Of a stretch of DNA of 64,000 bases, positions 1-12,160 are shown in pieces. Position 1 is the first letter of the stretch, and every line of letters starts with the position of its first letter. Origin of the DNA: the human T2T-CHM13v2.0 reference genome, Homo sapiens; assembly GCF_009914755.1 (NCBI RefSeq), contig NC_060930.1. One strand, given 5' to 3'. A program made the position numbers and the translations under genes. The notes beneath the pieces are model-generated. The model saw nothing but the letters and a program-made list of their open reading frames with translations. It searched no databases and was not told the origin of the DNA.

Positions 1-40
1 AGTCAATCTGTGGTGGTCCTAACCCCCTCTGGTGGCTGGT

Positions 41-249
41 TCAGGCAGGGGCATGTGAAGCAATTGTGGCCAGTGAGTTTTGAGGGATGACAGCTGGCAA
101 AGAGCTCTGGGAAACAACTTCTTTATGCTTAAAACCACACAAATGAAACATTTTTTCTTCTTCCTCTGAATGTGCTGCTTGGAGCTGCTGTAGCCATCCT
201 ACAACTGTGTGAAGTGGGGGACCCATTCTGAGGACAGAGCTGCTGATAC
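41..249 (-). CDS. ELOVL5: ELOVL5 alternative terminal exon (coding part) giving an 88-aa truncated isoform
   Basis: Acceptor cattttctactttgccacttccag|GTATCAGC (AG 251-250). The phase-1 join with exon 2 gives G+GT = Gly, then ISSSVLRMGPP...SHAPA*, with TGA at 43-41; 19+69 = 88 aa. Matches my recollection of a short annotated ELOVL5 isoform. Confidence 0.75.
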
Positions 250-420
250 CTGGAAGTGGCAAAGTAGAAAATGACAAGAACAAGGATCCTTGGTTACATC
301 ATACAGTCCCTGAAATAACTACGGAATTGCTCCACCTGGTAATGCAAGCTAATAATTATTATTATTATTTTAGCCATTTAGAGTTGGATTTTTTGTCCCT
401 TACAGCTAAAGTAAGGCACT
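45..420 (+). mobile_element. Ancient LTR fragment (MaLR MLT1J/K-like or LTR16-like)
   Basis: Motifs ggagctgctgtagccatc, ggatccttggttacatcat and ttagccatttagagttggattttttgtcccttacagctaaa resemble the 3' half of old MaLR/ERVL LTRs. Confidence 0.5.
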
Positions 421-1399
421 ATCCCAACCCAAGCACATACAGATGGATCTAACTTATTCTTTTTTGTTCTTTTCAATGGGCCATACACTAATTTACAGAA
501 CCTCTCCCCTACTGACAGGCATCCAGATGATTCCTTGAAAAACAATGCTGTAATGAGCATCCTGATATGTATCATTGCATAACTAATCAAGGCTAGCCAC
601 AGGATAAAGTATTAGGAGTAGAATGGCTAGGCAAAAGGGCATGTGCATTTTAATTCCAACAGAAGGCAAAACAGCCTTTCAGAGAGGTTGTACTCTTTCT
701 CCACGCCTTCACTATTATCACTATTATCATAGGTGACATGAAACCTATTATTTCATCTCTGCCATGTTAATAGACTAAGTCCTTTTGTTATTTCTTTTGT
801 GTTTTAAAAATCATGAGAAACTGAGATTCTTTTTGTCTGTTTAAAAGCCATTTCTAGTTTTTCTGTGAGCCTAAGAAGTTCTTTATACAAAAGACTTTAA
901 AAGACTTTTACAGATGACATCAAAAGAAGGCAATATGAAGCTGATTTACTTTCTAAAAGATACAGCAAGTAAGGTTCAGGTGCATATTTACCAGTGAGTT
1001 AACATGATACAAAATGAGAAGACCTTAAAAAGCCCTTAAAATTGTAAAAGGGGAAAGGTTTTAAACTCCTATTGCAACACTGCATTTTGGAAACTAGTTT
1101 TTCTTAAAGACTGCCAAGAATTGAGAAAAAAATGCCACTGATAATGGTGAAATCTATAGTATTCTCAGGCTACAAGCTTTACAGCATATTTTTAAACTCC
1201 AGTTAAAGTCAACGGAGGACCACCCACAGCAGGTGTCTCTGTCAGAGACTTCTCCAAATTCCTTGTTATCCAGGATAAAGTTTTAGACTTATCATAGAAA
1301 ATGCTAACATTTTCTACTATCTCCTCATGCAATATTTACAAGGGACTATAGGCAGGGAGTGATGCTGCAGAAGGTAAGCAAAACCAAAAACCACCTTAC

Positions 1400-1457
1400 C
1401 TCGAGGGCCTAGCAATGCCTTGAAATAGGTACTAAGTGATGCATCAAAATGTTCCAT
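1400..1457 (-). CDS. ELOVL5: ELOVL5 first coding segment (coding part of exon 2; whole exon 1400-1465)
   Basis: Minus strand reads ttcttaatag|GTTTTCAA ATG GAA CAT TTT GAT GCA TCA CTT AGT ACC TAT TTC AAG GCA TTG CTA GGC CCT CGA G|gtaagg = MEHFDASLSTYFKALLGPR, recognised as the ELOVL5 N-terminus. Canonical AG at 1467-1466, GT at 1399-1398, phase-1 end. Confidence 0.97.
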
Positions 1458-2889
1458 TTGAAAACCTATTAAGAAAAAAAAAGATACTGATTAATCTCTA
1501 CTCAAAATGTTTTTTATACAGTATTTTTTCATAAAAGAATAAATTCTTTTCAAAGAATATGCTACAGACAAGGTTAAGTTCAGTTCCTTAGGTTAAAAGA
1601 ATTTAATTCACAGAAGTGACTTCTGTGCTAGATCTAACTTGAAGATCAAAAGGAAAGACACAATTCTGTGAGTTCACTTTATAAATGAAGTGCCAGTTTT
1701 CTGAACTTCTTTTCTTAGTTCCATAAAAACTCTTTCCGTGAAGCTGAAATCTCAGTGGGGAAAAAAGTGGAACTAACTGGAATGAGAGGTGGCAGACAGG
1801 AAGAGATCCTGTCTGGGCAACAACTGAGGACTTGAGGTAAGACAAGGAAGAGCCATATCAGGGAACAGAATGCCACAGTGACAAGACAGTTTTTTCCGCT
1901 TGTTACTTTTATCAATTATTATTTTACAGTACTTCATATCTACAGTAAAAAAAAATTCAAGTATTAAAAATTAAAAAAAAGGGGCAAAAATCTCATTACT
2001 TCCCTCAACCTCAATCCCCAAGCCACGCATCACAAGGAACCTAATGGTAACATTTCTTCAATATACTTCCAGAGATTTCTCCTCTTTTGAGCACAAAGAG
2101 GTCATGCTAAATGGATGTTTTCACAATTGTGGGTGAAATCTACCATTAGTAGATGATCATGTCAACTTAGCATTAAAAATAATAATTGATCATAGTAGAG
2201 AATCAGAATGCTTTGCTCTCAGTGAGAATGAATATAGTTTTATAAAACTTTAGTTTTATTATATCATATTTATAAGTATAATGTACTTAGCTGTGATGTA
2301 AAATATATTCTTACTGTGGGGATCACAGTTAAAAAAAACTAAAAAAACACTATTATATATAGAAGTGTGTATATATTACTTGCTTATTTTCACTTAATAA
2401 AACATCTTGAGATACCAGTTAAAGATTTACCTCCATCTTCTAAGATTCTATAGCTCCCTACCTTCCCCAATTTAAGATTTACATTTAGAGGGTAGCTAAT
2501 CAACTTTTCATATGCATACTGACTAGATTTTCCAACTTTCCTGGCCATTCTTCTTACAGGAATAATCATCAATATTATAACGTCCAAGGGCAAAGGCAGA
2601 ACTGATTTTATTAACTAAGCTGTTAATCATTTAGCAATACTTCTCTTCCTTGGCTTGCCACACTGAAGCGTTATGTATTCACTGGCTAATTTTAAGATAA
2701 ACTACTTTATCCACGAAATCATCTAATGGTTGTAGTAGTTACAATTAAGTCAATCCAGATGAGATGGGACGTAGAGATAGGAGGAGCCATCAATGACACT
2801 TTCAAAGTAGTTAACAGGGTTCTGTCCTGACAGCTTTCCTGCCCAAGGGTGATTGGGGAGGCTGCTGACACCAATTCATGGCTGGAAAC

Positions 2890-2940
2890 GAAGGCACCAG
2901 CTCCCTGAAGGCACCAGCTCCCCGAAGGCACCAGCTCCCC
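2890..2940 (+). repeat. 17-bp tandem repeat x3
   Basis: gaaggcaccagctccct / gaaggcaccagctcccc / gaaggcaccagctcccc. Confidence 0.95.
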
Positions 2941-3042
2941 ATACCCATCTGCCAATAACCAGGTCAGCCACCTTTGCCCCTCAATAGTTACAAAACCTTA
3001 GCACAAGGTCACTTCTGCAATCCAACAATTAAGATTTTAACA

Positions 3043-3553
3043 TACAGTAGTCCCCTCTTAATCCACAGTTTTGCTTTCTGAGATTTCAATTACCTGAAAT
3101 CAACCATGGTCTGAAAATACGAGGTGGGAAATTCCAGAAATAAACAATTCATAAGTTGTAGATTGCACACAGTTCTGAGTAGCATGATAAAATCTCCCGC
3201 AGTCCCACTCCATCCTGCCTGGGATGGGAATCATCTCTTTGTCCAGCGTATCCTCACCGTAGACACTTCTTCACCCTTGAGTCACTTTGTAACCTTCTGG
3301 GTTATCAGATCAACTGCCTCAGGATCGAAGTGCTCATGTTCAGATAACTTTTACTTTACTTAATTGTTCGATTTAATTATTAGTTATTGTTGTTAATCTT
3401 ACTTTGCCTAATTTATAAAGTACACTTTATTATAGGTATGTATGCATAGGAAAAAAAACCACTATATATAATATAGTGTTTGGTACTATCTGCAGATTTA
3501 GGCTTCCATTCTAGGGGCCTTAGAATGTACTCCCTGACGATGAGGGGGTACTA
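3043..3553 (+). mobile_element. MER44 (Tigger7-type) DNA transposon
   Basis: Terminal tacagtagtcccctctta...atgagggggtactaata inverted ends and MER44-type interior. Confidence 0.75.
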
Positions 3554-6500
3554 ATATACTATATTCCTAAGAAAGGCAATTTTGGTCCTAAGCCACTTTC
3601 CTGCCCTAGATTGAACCACTTCAGGAGAGACAAGAAATTCTAGAAAATCCTGGTGCTGAAGAGAATAGGTTTAGCCTTATGTTTCGTAAAGAGAATTCCT
3701 CTTTAAAACACAGTTAAATAAGAAATGTTTTATCTATTAAAGGCTATTAAAAGTTCTGCCCAAGGTGGGTTCAGGAAGAGCACTGGCTAAAAGACAATTT
3801 GGCTGTGTCTATTTTTTCAACATCTACTGAAAATCATCTAGAAAATCCAAGTTTTGAAAGACAACCATCATGATTTTGTGACACTGAAATCACACTAACA
3901 CAATTTAATTTCATCTATGATGTATGGTGGGCCATGTATATGGAGGTCACAGGGTTCCCTGCTCCCCACTAGGCTGCATCCCAAACAGCCAAATGAAAGG
4001 AAATAAGGAGGAACAAGGTCATAAAGGCTATGACTAATGGATTGAATAAGTGATGGACAAGCTGCTCACTGGGGACAGACACCTTCCTCCAAGGCATTTT
4101 AAAACCTAGATTCTATTACCTAATGGGTAATATTAACTTACTTACTTATGGGTCACATTAAATGTACAATAATCAGGTATTAAGCATGAACGGACTTTTG
4201 CTAGATTATAAGAAACTAGGGTTTGAAACCCCCCATTTTTTTTCACTTATTAGCAATGTGACCTTGGACAAGTTATTTAATCTTTCTGAAAAACGGGGAA
4301 AAGACCAAAGTAACTGCCTTTAAGAAGATTAAATAAGGTAATATAAATAAGGCCCTTAGAGCAGTGTCTGGCATGTAGGAAGCCCCCAATAGATGTTTCT
4401 GAATGTATGTCTGCCACAGGATTGGCTCCATGATGAATACTGTCAACCACCCACGGCTGTCTCTGCTTCTCGGCAGGGGCACTGCTGGCATTACAGTGGA
4501 AACAATCAATGTCCTGTGCATTGTGGATCATTAATTGTCCTTGGTCCCTGTCCACTAAATGCCATCAGTGAGCTCCAATCATTCTGACAACCCACAATGT
4601 CCACTTGTAAGCCCTAACACACCCCTAGAGAGACAGCAAGAGAAGGTGGGGGCAAGGCGGGGGGGGGGAGTTGATAATATATCAGGAGAGGAACTTGTCA
4701 GAAACAGATATTACCCAAACATGAAAGACAAAACTAAAAGGAATGTACTAATTAAATACACAAATATCTAGCACCTACTGTATATTAATACAAAGGATTG
4801 CCAAAATAGGGATAAACATAAAGGAGCATACCTGGTGACCTAGAAAAAATGAGACATTCATAATGGGGAAAAGGATCCAGATATAGTAAAGCAAAAACAA
4901 AATCCAGTTTGCAAATGAGCAGACAGTAGAATGATGATATGAATATAAGCTGAATATATGTTCAAAACCATGCTGTAACAAAATTCAAACAAAAGTATTC
5001 TGAGATCAAACAGGAGGAATATGTCTAACAAAAATAAGGGAATCAATCATTTCACTTTTTAATTAGATCTTTCAGAGGGCTGTAGTCAGGGTCAGTTTCT
5101 ATGTAATGAGGAAATAAAGAAGCTGGAAACAAGAGTGAAGAAATGTTTCAAAGTGAAAATACAGATTGGTGGGGCAGGAATGGAGAGGGTAACAGTAGTG
5201 GCCCCGGAAAAATATGAAGCCCAGTAATTGCGATAAATGACCTATTACTATAAGGACAAATGCCTAGGACATAGTCCAATTTGAGAATCTAGGCTAACAT
5301 CACGGCAACAGAAAAGCAGCTTGATTAAACATAAGGTAAAATTTCAGTCCAAGAGTACTGAACCAGCAGCAGGCTACCAAAAGAGACTGTGGAATTTAGT
5401 ATTTGGAGATATTGAAGAATCCTGTTACAAGCCATCTGTCCCAAATAATCTGAGTCTAAACCATCTTGAAGAGGCCCTGTGGAAGCTGGCAGGCACAGGA
5501 GCACTCTTTCATCTTTATAAAATGAAATGTGTTCTCTACAAAAGCACACGCAAGAAACGATTTTTGTCAGAAACGGTACATCTGTTCTTAGACTGCATTT
5601 CTTCTCGGCTTGAGAATTTTTCTCCTAGGTTTGCAGAACTTTTCACAATCAAACTTAGGAATATATTGAAAGAGCCAACAAAACATTCTCTAAAAGAACA
5701 GATACATGTGGGGAAATGATAATAATTTTCAAATTATTGTTCCTGCTTATTGTTTCTGAAATGACTACAGTGAAAAGGGAGAAGGGGCAGGTAGAGGTAG
5801 GCCCTGGACAACAGGCCCTAATCAGGAGAGTCCTGAGCTGTGGATCCCAAGCTTGATTTTGGGCTGGACTCTGGCATGTTCAGTATTTCCCCCAAACTCT
5901 CCCCTACCACACCCACAATTGGATATATACTGTAATCTTCTCAGGCAAGGCTGTTTGTTTCTGCACAGGTTACTAAGAGACACCTTCACCAAAAGCTTCA
6001 TCATTTACTCAATACAACCTCATGTTTGTCAAGGCAGCCCCATAACTAGTGTCCCTCAATACCATGTACTCATTTTTCATTCATACCACACACCGAGTGC
6101 CTACCACATGCTAGGCACGGAGACCTGAAGGCCCTGGGATTGCAGGCTGGTGAGAAAGACCATAAACATATATTAATTACAGACAGAAACACACGTACAA
6201 TACGATATGCAAAATAACTGTTAGCAAAAAAAATAAAGCAGAATAAAGGGGCTGGAATCATGGAGTGGGAATTTATTTTGGAAAACATAGAGAAGGCAGC
6301 CTGAGAAGGTGGCAACAGAGCAGAGCCTGAATGGTGACAGCAAGCCACACATCTACCAAGGGAAAGGGTGGGTGTTCCATTTAGAGGCACAAATGAGCAC
6401 AATGGCCCTGGGGTCAGGGCTAGGCTGGCATGCACAAGGACCAGAAGCCATGACAGGAGTGGGCAGCACAATGGGAGGCCTTCTGTCCTCCACTCCGTCT

Positions 6501-9500
6501 GGTGCCCAGGCCTTGCTCAGCAGTAGACAGAGGTCAGTCATGAGAGCTTTCTTGAGACCTTTCAGAGAGCTTGTGGCCAACGGGCTAGGAACAGAAGAGG
6601 GTGCCAATCCTTATCTGCTCACACTGCTACCATCTCCTAACCCTCCTTCCTGCAGCCCTCCTGCCAGCAACGTGCCCTTTTCATTCCCATCTTCCTTGCT
6701 GAGCCTCATCTGCTATGCCACATGAACAGTACAAAGGTCTCAGCAAATGAATTCTTCATCACCAGGCTAGGCTGGCCTGCCCTGTTAAGTAAATTGGGCA
6801 CTTGCTGAGTGGTCTGTGGGCTGAGCTATACTCTTTTGTACTAAAGGAATGGGAGGCACAGGGCTATGCAAAAGTCTTGACACTTTGCCTAGTAATCTGG
6901 ATTTATGGGAACGGCATGACCTACTTTGCACAAGATGCCCAATCACACTGCCAGGTCTGTGGTTGGCCTCACTGGTGCGGTTTCCTATCTTCTGAGCTAC
7001 GGTGGGCCAATGACATAACTTCTCAATAACCCGAATCACACTACAGGCAGCCTGGGTGAGCTGGGTCAAGTGGGAACACAGCTGCTCTGTACAATTGTAC
7101 TAGCAGGGACCAAGCCCAGGCACTAGGCTCCATGGAAAAGGAGCTTTAGTCCTACATGCAGCAAAAGAATAAGCTATTCTTTGATCTGGCTGGTTCCCCA
7201 CACACTGACAGGAAAATGGACAGGGCTGGGAGTGGCCAGCACTTCCCAGGAAAAAGACCACGCTGACACCAAGCCAAAGCATCGATTCCCATCCTCTTTA
7301 ACCAGGAGTCTCTGACCTGCACTCAACCTAGGGGGCTTCCCAGAATTACAGGTTACAACAGGGAGTAGTAACAGGGCCCAGTGAAAAAAAGTCCCAATGA
7401 AAACAGTCTTCCAAAGCTATTCACTAGTTCAAGAGCCACACACAGAAAATAATGACAGTAAAAATGGATTACGGGCAGGTAAATTAGAACCAATTTTAAA
7501 GAATTCCTTTTTAACGCACATTTTCCAAAAGACACTCCTAATTTAAAAAGCCGCTTCCCATTATAAGATTCTGGAGTGTTTTTGGTAACCATGCAACTAT
7601 ATTATAATTGTGTCTCATTTTAAGTATCTCACTACAAAAAACTGACTGGAGCTGACCATTCTCTTTATAAACTACCCTATATTTAAAGATACAGCTGAAA
7701 GGAGCAAGAGAGTGTGAGGGAGTTCAGCACACCTTCGTCTGACTCACCCCCACCACCATGGATCAGTTCTGCGCTCCTGGCTAGTTCCCTCCCCATGTAC
7801 TATACTAAGTGTTGTAGAATTTTAGGATCCTTGGGCCTGAATTCGAGAGAAAGACTGGAACTACCATAGCCTGGAATACAAAAACCTGGAAATACTAACA
7901 CGAGCAGAACAAAGAACAAAACCCAAAGCCCTAAAGAGAGTCCTGCTCATGTGGAAAATCCATCTGTCCACTGTTCAACTCCCTCCAGGGGCAAGTATAT
8001 GCCCAGGTGAATCACGTGTGGGAGGTTAAGTCAACATCAGTGCTCACTTTGAACTAATAATCAAACTAGTTGCTAGAAGCATGTTTGAAAAAAGACACTA
8101 CAATAAGCTTTACAGCAAATCAGTCCCCCTCCACCTCCTTTCCACTTGGCTCCCAAGGACAACAGAACATGAGGGGATGGGGGTAGGTGGCAACAACGGA
8201 AGGAGGTGGTTGGGGTTAATGAGGAGAAGGCACAGTCACAATTCTCAAGATGAAGTACGTCTCAAGGAGAGTGCAAATATTAAGCATCTTGGCCATTTCT
8301 ACCTGGGGTAGGAGAGAGTGACAAAGCTGCCCAGCAAAGGAAAAGTACTGGGATCTTAAGGCAAATCTGTTTTAAAAGGTATCAAGATTTTTAAAAATAT
8401 ACATTATAGTAAAGAGTTGGTATAAGAATTATATTAAAGAAAAGTTTATTTCCTAAACCCACAACCAGGCTGTTTGCTGACTCTAAAACAGTAAAGATAT
8501 TTTTAGGGCCAAGTCTTGGTTTGTCTGGCTTCTAAGGCAGCAGTCAGCTTGCTTTGAAAGCTCCCTTTCCTGTGGTATCAGTCAAGTCACATTCCTTTTG
8601 ATTTAAAAACGTTTAGCTATTGTCTAGCTTAACTTCATCATATCCTGCTTTACTTTTTTTTTAACGGTTATTGTTCACCTAAAAATGAGTCAGCTGAGTT
8701 TACAAACCCATGTGCTGCAAGGAATCAGACTGAGATTTCCTTGCATTTTCTCTTCTCTCATTCCCATCCATCACTTTTATCAGTCAACTCGTTAACGTTA
8801 GGCAGGCATGGGAACATTCTTCAAGTTGGCTGCCAGTTACACAGAATGAAAAATTAAATGGTGCTTTAATTTGGTAGTCACAACCCTGATTCTAGAATTT
8901 AAAAAGATTTTTCTAGGTTGGGAAAATCAGTTCCCAAATAAAACCACACCTTGCTGAGGAATGTTAAAATTCAAAATGTCGTGAAGACCATAAAGGAAAG
9001 AAGATCCAAGTACTAACAAGCTTTAGAAATGAAAGTAACTTGACGACAGAATTCATGTTAAAGTGTTGGCATTTAAATAAATGATAACTCTGGATTAAAT
9101 CTTGGCTCAAAAATATCTACCGCACCAACAGTGGTACATCTGATTGTGTACTGTCATCCTAACACTCTGAATCTATGCTTATTCTCTTTCTTCCCCCTGC
9201 AGAATTCCTATACTTTCTAACCTCCATTCTAAGGAAGTAACAAACTCTTGTAATTCTCTGATAAAGTCATTTTTCCTGCCATATATCATACACGAAGGCA
9301 AAAAACACAGCTCTATTTGGGGTTTTAGATGAGTAACTGCAAAACTGGGGCACTGATAGATTCTACAAAGCACTGCCACAGGTTAGCTCCACGGCTGAAG
9401 AAGGCAGAACAACCTCATTCTGGTATAATGGATAATTGGAGGGGAAATTTTTAAATGTTGCAACAATCAAATTGTTGTACAAAAATACGTTTAGGGTCAA

Positions 9501-10196
9501 CACAGAAGCCTCCACTTCCTGCTCCTTGGCTGCTACTAGTTAATTAAAAAGCACTTTTTAACCATCGCTGGAGAAGGACATCCTTCTAACACCTTCTAAC
9601 ATCCTTCTAACAAGTGGAGAGTCACACCAGTGGCTGTTATCTGTGGTCCTTCCTCCCTGTCCTCTTGCCTTCATTTCCAACCCTTTCTCCAAGGCCCAGA
9701 TTAGGTGTTACAAAGCCTACTTCCACTCCACTGCCCCTCTTGTTGCTGTCTAGACAACTCATTTAGTATACAGCAACTTCAACTTTTACATGAGCTAGAT
9801 ACTTCTGTGTTCAGGTATTATGGGAACAAACTCTGCAACTCCTTAGAGTCCAAACTCTTTAACGGCAAGTACTCCAATCTGTCCTATGAGTATAATAATT
9901 ATCTATTGGTGATACTATAAATGAGGAGATACACCTGTTATTACAAAATAAAAAGAAAAGAAAATGGCACACCTGACTCCACAATGGCAGCATCCTAAAA
10001 CACGGACTAAATCCTAGTTACAGATGGCATTTCCTCGGGGAAAACTTTCTCAGTGCTAGTTATCTGGAACTCTAACAGAGGTGCTCTCTTCTCTTCTACT
10101 ACATGATCAGTAAAGACACTTTGTAAAGTGTGAGCCCATAAAAAACAAAAACAGAAACAAAAAATGCATGTACACACACAAACACACACACCTCTT

Positions 10197-12160
10197 TTAT
10201 TTTATTTTATTTTATTTTATTTTATTGATCATTCTTGGGTGTTTCTCGCAGAGGGGGATTTGGCAGGGTCATAGGACAACAGCGGAGGGAAGGTCAGCAG
10301 GCAAACAAGTGAACAAAGGTCTCTGGTTTTCCTAGGCAGAGTGTTTGTGTCCCTGGGTACTTGAGACTGGGGAGTGGTGATGACTCTCAACGAGCATGCT
10401 GCCTTCAAGCATCTGTTTAACAAAGCACATCTTGCACCGCCCTTAATCCATTTAACCCTGAGTGGACACAGCACATGTTTCAGAGAGCACAGGGTTGGGG
10501 GTAAGGTCACAGATCAACAGGATCCCAACGCAGAAGAATTTTTCTTAGTACAGAACAAAATGAAAAATCTCCCATGTCTACTTCTTTCTACACAGCACAG
10601 CAACCAACCGATTTCTCAATCTTTTCCCCACCTTTCCCCCTTTTCTATTCCACAAAACCACCATTGTCATCATGGCCCGTTCTCAATGAGCTGTTGGGTA
10701 CACCTCCCAGACGGGGTGGTGGCCGGGCAGAGGGGCTCCTCACTTCCCAGTAGGGGCGGCCAGGCAGAGGCGCCCCTCACCTCCCGGACGGGGCGGCTGG
10801 CCGGGCGGGGGGCTGACCCCCCCCACCTCCCTCCCGGACGGGGCGGCTCGCTGGGCAGGGGGCTGACCCCCCCACCTCCCTCCCAGACGGGGCGGCTCGC
10901 CGGGCAGGGGGCTGACCCCCCCACCTCCCTCCCGGACGGGGCGGCTGGCTGGGCGCGGGGCTGACCCCCCACCTCCCTCCCGGACGGGGCGGCTGGCTGG
11001 GCAGAGGGGCTCCTCACTTCCCAGTAGGGGCGGCCGGGCAGAGGCGCCCCTCACCTCCCGGACAGGGCGGCTGGCCGGGCAGGGGGCTGACCCCCCCACC
11101 TCCCTCCCGGACGGGGCGGCTGGCCTGGCGGGGGCTGACCCCCCCCCACCTCCCTCCCGGGCGGGGTGGCTGCCGGGCGGAGACGCTCCTCACTTCCCAG
11201 ACGGGGTGGCAGCCGGGCGGAGGGGCTCCTCACTTCTCAGACGGGGCAGTTGCCAGGCGGAGGGTCTCCTCACTTCTCAGACGGGGCGGCCGGGCAGAGA
11301 CGCTCCTCACCTCCCAGACGGGGTCGCGGCTGGGCCGAGGCGCTCCCCACATCTCAGACGATGGGCGGCCGGGCAGAGACGCTCCTCACTTCCTAGATGG
11401 GATGGCGGCCGGGAAGAGGCGCTCCTCACTTCCCAGGTAGGATGGCGGCCGGGCAGAGACGCTCCTCACTTTCCAGACTGGGCAGCCAGGCAGAGGGTCT
11501 CCTCACATCCCAGATGATGGGCGGCCAGGCAGAGACGCTCCTCACTTCCCAGACGGGGTGGCGGCCGGGCAGAGGCTGCAATCTCCGCACTTTGTGGGGC
11601 CAAGGCAGGCGGCTGGGAGGTGGAGGTTGTAGCGAGCCGAGATCACGCCACTGCACTCCAGCCTGGGCACCATTGAGCACTGAGTTAACGAGACTCCGTC
11701 TGCAATCCCGGCACCTCGGGATGCCGAGGCTGGCGGATCACTCGCGGTTAGGAGCTGGAGACCAGCCCGGCCAACACAGCGAAACCCCGTCTCCACCAAA
11801 AAAATAAGAAAACCAGTCAGGCGTGGCGGCGCGCGCCTGCAATTGCAGGCACTCGGCAGGCGGAGGCAGGAGAATCAGGCAGGGAGGTTGCAGTGAGCCG
11901 AGATGGCAGCAGCACAGTCCAGCTTTGGCTCGGCATGAGAGGGAGACCGTGGAAAGGGGAGGAGAAAGGGGAGAGGGGAGAGGGGAGAGGGGAGAGGGAG
12001 AGGGGAGAGGGGAGAGGGAGAGGGGAGAGGGGAGAGGGGAGAGGGGAGAGGGGAGAGGGGAGAGGGGAGAGGGGAGAGGGAGAGGGGAGAGGGGAGAGGG
12101 GAGAGGGAGAGGGGAGAGAGAGAGGGGAGAGGGAGAGGGGAGAGAGAGAGGGGAGAGGGG
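10197..12160 (-). mobile_element. Full-length SVA retrotransposon (C/D-like; subfamily uncertain)
   Basis: On the minus strand: CCCTCT/CCCCTCT repeat (~11955-12160), Alu-like domain (~11575-11950), GC-rich VNTR (~10720-11570), SINE-R (~10227-10720), AATAAA (10226-10221) and a (TAAAA)n tail. Perfect 18-bp TSD caaacacacacacctctt at 10179-10196 and 12161-12178; TT|AAGA endonuclease-type site. Confidence 0.98.

Noticed and set aside
2890-2940. Short direct repeats as a CRISPR-like array
   Set aside because: No spacers, eukaryotic context; a simple minisatellite.
5321-5719. 132-aa plus-strand ORF and a good minus-strand acceptor at 5691-5690
   Set aside because: Non-ATG start, no recognisable homology, and no convincing matching donor seen.
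7741-7756. SRE-like ctcacccccac
   Set aside because: One C too many compared with the canonical ATCACCCCAC; cannot be supported from sequence alone.
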